A stretch of DNA of 64,000 bases. Origin: Blepharisma stoltei ATCC 30299. Taxonomy: Eukaryota > Protista > Ciliophora. The number at the start of each line of letters is the position of its first letter. Positions within the stretch are counted from its first letter, which is position 1. The notes beneath the pieces were generated by a model that saw only the letters and a program-made list of their open reading frames with translations, was not told the DNA's origin and did not search any database. Below are positions 61,614 to 64,000 of the stretch, in pieces. The stretch lies in NCBI GenBank assembly GCA_965603825.1, contig CBFDEM010000057.1, positions 310,001 to 374,000 of the forward strand. Reading direction: 5' to 3'. The position numbers and the translations under genes were made by a program.

Positions 61614-63074
61614 ATGGAAAGAACTTGCTTATGCTGGGAAGAAATTTTAAAAGTCGATGATAGCATTAACATTTCAGCTTTCTATGCAGATGATATCTAT
61701 ACTCTAATTGGAAGAAATGATGGAATGCATTGAGTTTTCAGAAAATCAATCCAAGACTATTCTTTTTCATTTGACTCATCAAAAGTGCTTTGAATTGAAA
61801 AAGTCAATCATTATTTCTGTTCTAGCTGCGAATCAAGGAATATTTACATATACAAGCTTAATGATTCTCATGATTTAATCAAGAAAATTATATTTGACAA
61901 CCCTATCTCACAAATGGTACCTTTTCAATCAAGTTTAGCATTAGCAACTACCTCTTGCACCATCTATTTACTATCATCAAATTTTGAGTTAAGCAAGTTT
62001 TATGAGCCATTAAACCCTAATAATGAGCTTGTACAATTAAACTCGTGCAATGGTATAGTTATTGTATCAACCATGACAAGAAGCATTATTATTTCATCTG
62101 GACAAGCTTTTCCAATAGGCAAGAAAGAAAGAAATGCCCCATATAGTGCTTGCATGGTAGATGAAGATATTATTTTTGCATCAAGTCCTACTGGTGACTT
62201 GTGAGAAGCTAATAGTCAAGGTGTTGTTTTGAAAAATCGAAGCTATAAGAGCAAAACAGGCCAAAAAGTAAAATTTACACTATGATTTCCAGTTGATAGC
62301 AAGTATGTTTTATCATTAGATGGAGATGAAAAATCATTAATTTTACTCGGGATTGATCAAAAAAGTATAGTTTGCAAAGAAATTTCAGTTGGGAGACTAT
62401 GATTTAATTGGCAAGAAAAAAAATTATTCCAGTTAAATGAAGATAGCATACAAATTTTAAAAATATACACAAATATTGAGTACTTGCAAAGACTTATATC
62501 ATTAAAAGATGCAGAAAATTCTATTAAATTGCTTATGAAAGATAATTCTTTGCACAAACTTGAAAATCTGCAAGATCTTTGCAAGCTTGTATTCATAGAA
62601 AGAGTATCAATAGGCCAAGAGTTTTTTGATTATTTTACATCATTAATTGGACAGCTTGAAGATGAAAATTTTATATTAAAAATTGACCAAAAAATAGAAG
62701 AAAATTATGATGAAAATATCAATGAATTCGAGGAACTCTCGAAAGATATAAAAATACCTAAAGAAACTGTAGTTGAGGTAAGGCCAAAGAGAAAAGGAAG
62801 AAATATATTGAGCTTATTATGAGAGGCATTTTTTGTTTGGAAGCCTTTGAAAGGAAAGGATCGGATTAGAGTGATAAAATTTTTGAGTGTAAAAGTATAC
62901 GTTTCAATGATTGTAAAAAATGATTTATTGATTCTAATTTCAAAAAAATATGATGGGCTTGAAAAAATTAGACGGATGAAATCTATAGCATATGATTCAT
63001 ACGATAAAATAAAATATCGCTTGATATCAATTGAAGAGTATAATTATATTCAAAGAATTTCACAGATTTTATAA
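61614..63074 (+). CDS. HPS5/TECPR2-like beta-propeller protein (486 aa)
   Basis: LVQL...IVSTMTRS...IGKKERNAPYSAC...IFASSPTGDL-W(TGA)-EANSQGVV follows the HPS5/TECPR2 propeller motif order; single frame from ATG 61614. Confidence 0.7.
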
Positions 63075-64000
63075 TTTAATTAAAATATATTATTCCTTTA
63101 ATTAGAGAGGAAAAGCATCATTATTAAGATAGCTTTAATATTCATTAATTTTTATAATTAATTAAGATAAAATTGCATTCTTAAAATAGTTTTATTTTTA
63201 ATGATGTCAAAATGGAGTATTATGTCCAGCTATGCGCAGTGCTGGATGCAACCTCGAAGAGGGGATTTTCTGGGAGTGTATCGAGGATCTTTAGAGTCCA
63301 AGATGGCTCAATTTTTTCTCCAAGAACAGAAGGACGATCGACTTAGAAGCCGAAAGCTGTTGAAGAAAATTTATTCGTGATCAAGATCATACCAGGTTTA
63401 AAATCTGATAAAACTTGTGAAATCTTTATTGGCGAAATTGCTGACAATAGATTTGGTATTTAGATGTTAAACTTAAAGCTAAAGTAAAAAGTAAGCATTG
63501 ATGCCTGATTCAAATTCCTTATATTCCCTTGATAATCTCATATTTTTGCTTTGGAACTTTTAAAAGATTAAAATCCTAAATTTTCCTATTAATTAGCTTG
63601 ATTTATTTTTAAAATCAATAAATGTCAGAATTGATGCCAATCATATTCAGTAGTTTTGGCATAGGAATCTGCTTCTGCCTTAATCTGACGCCAATTCCTT
63701 CGTTAATCAAAGCAAGTAAATCGAAAAATCTTACAGCCATCTCTCATTTATACTTGATAGTTTCTGCTTTCAACTACATGTCATGAATCATTTACTCACT
63801 AAAAATGAATTTAATTGGAAACTTGGTAAACAATTGTGTTTGTTATTGCTTAGACATGTCATGGGTGATTATCTATCACAGAATTAAAGGTAATTTGCTG
63901 AGCTTTTTACCTCTTTTTTTGATTTCAACTTTTAGCGTTGAAATTGCAATATATCTTCTTTGCCCAGGTTTTGTCATGGGAATTATTGCACTATCATTTT

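Noticed and set aside
10477-63074. Functional cluster of trafficking genes (DOP1, Rab, YxxPhi membrane protein, HPS5-like)
   Set aside because: Scattered over 50 kb among unrelated genes; no evidence of linkage beyond chance.
63201-63460. GC-elevated patch with short ORFs in all three plus frames
   Set aside because: No frame is convincingly coding and no motif was recognised; possibly a gene relic.
1-64000. Mass pseudogenisation or selenoprotein readthrough as the cause of fragmented ORFs
   Set aside because: Breaks are in-frame TGA at Trp positions and interchange with TGG; they do not fall at Cys positions.
63870-64000. Possible 3' end of a minus-strand gene entering from beyond the window
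   Set aside because: Only ~40 open codons with no diagnostic motif.
1-64000. CRISPR arrays, rRNA, prokaryotic operons or defence systems
   Set aside because: No repeat-spacer arrays or rRNA-like sequence; gene content and introns are eukaryotic.

Overview
AT-rich, gene-dense eukaryotic DNA that reads as a heterotrich ciliate macronuclear segment (Blepharisma-like; the taxon is inferred). The ORF track is fragmented because UGA encodes Trp here: TGA sits at conserved Trp positions of GPS, SABATH, PZP, PHD and RING-CH motifs and swaps with TGG between paralogs, while TAA and TAG are the real stops. Read this way, about 35 mostly single-exon genes emerge; one gene has three 15-16 nt GT-AG introns. 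Housekeeping-type genes include Dopey, FEN1, a Rab, ALG1, a cathepsin L-like protease, an aquaporin, PHD/BAH/RING proteins, an HPS5/TECPR2-like propeller and tRNA-Glu(TTC). Accessory content includes a SABATH methyltransferase array (2 genes plus a relic), a PKD1-like GPS receptor, a double Venus-flytrap/~9-TM receptor and two TauE paralogs. A ~25 kb almost entirely minus-strand block (29.6-54.7 kb) holds a thrice-repeated OSTalpha/TMEM184 + Cys-rich GPI-protein gene pair with readable duplication breakpoints, and four F-box-LRR-(Cys/His motif)-ankyrin paralogs, one ending in a CaaX box. All family assignments come from motif recognition by eye; no searches were run.
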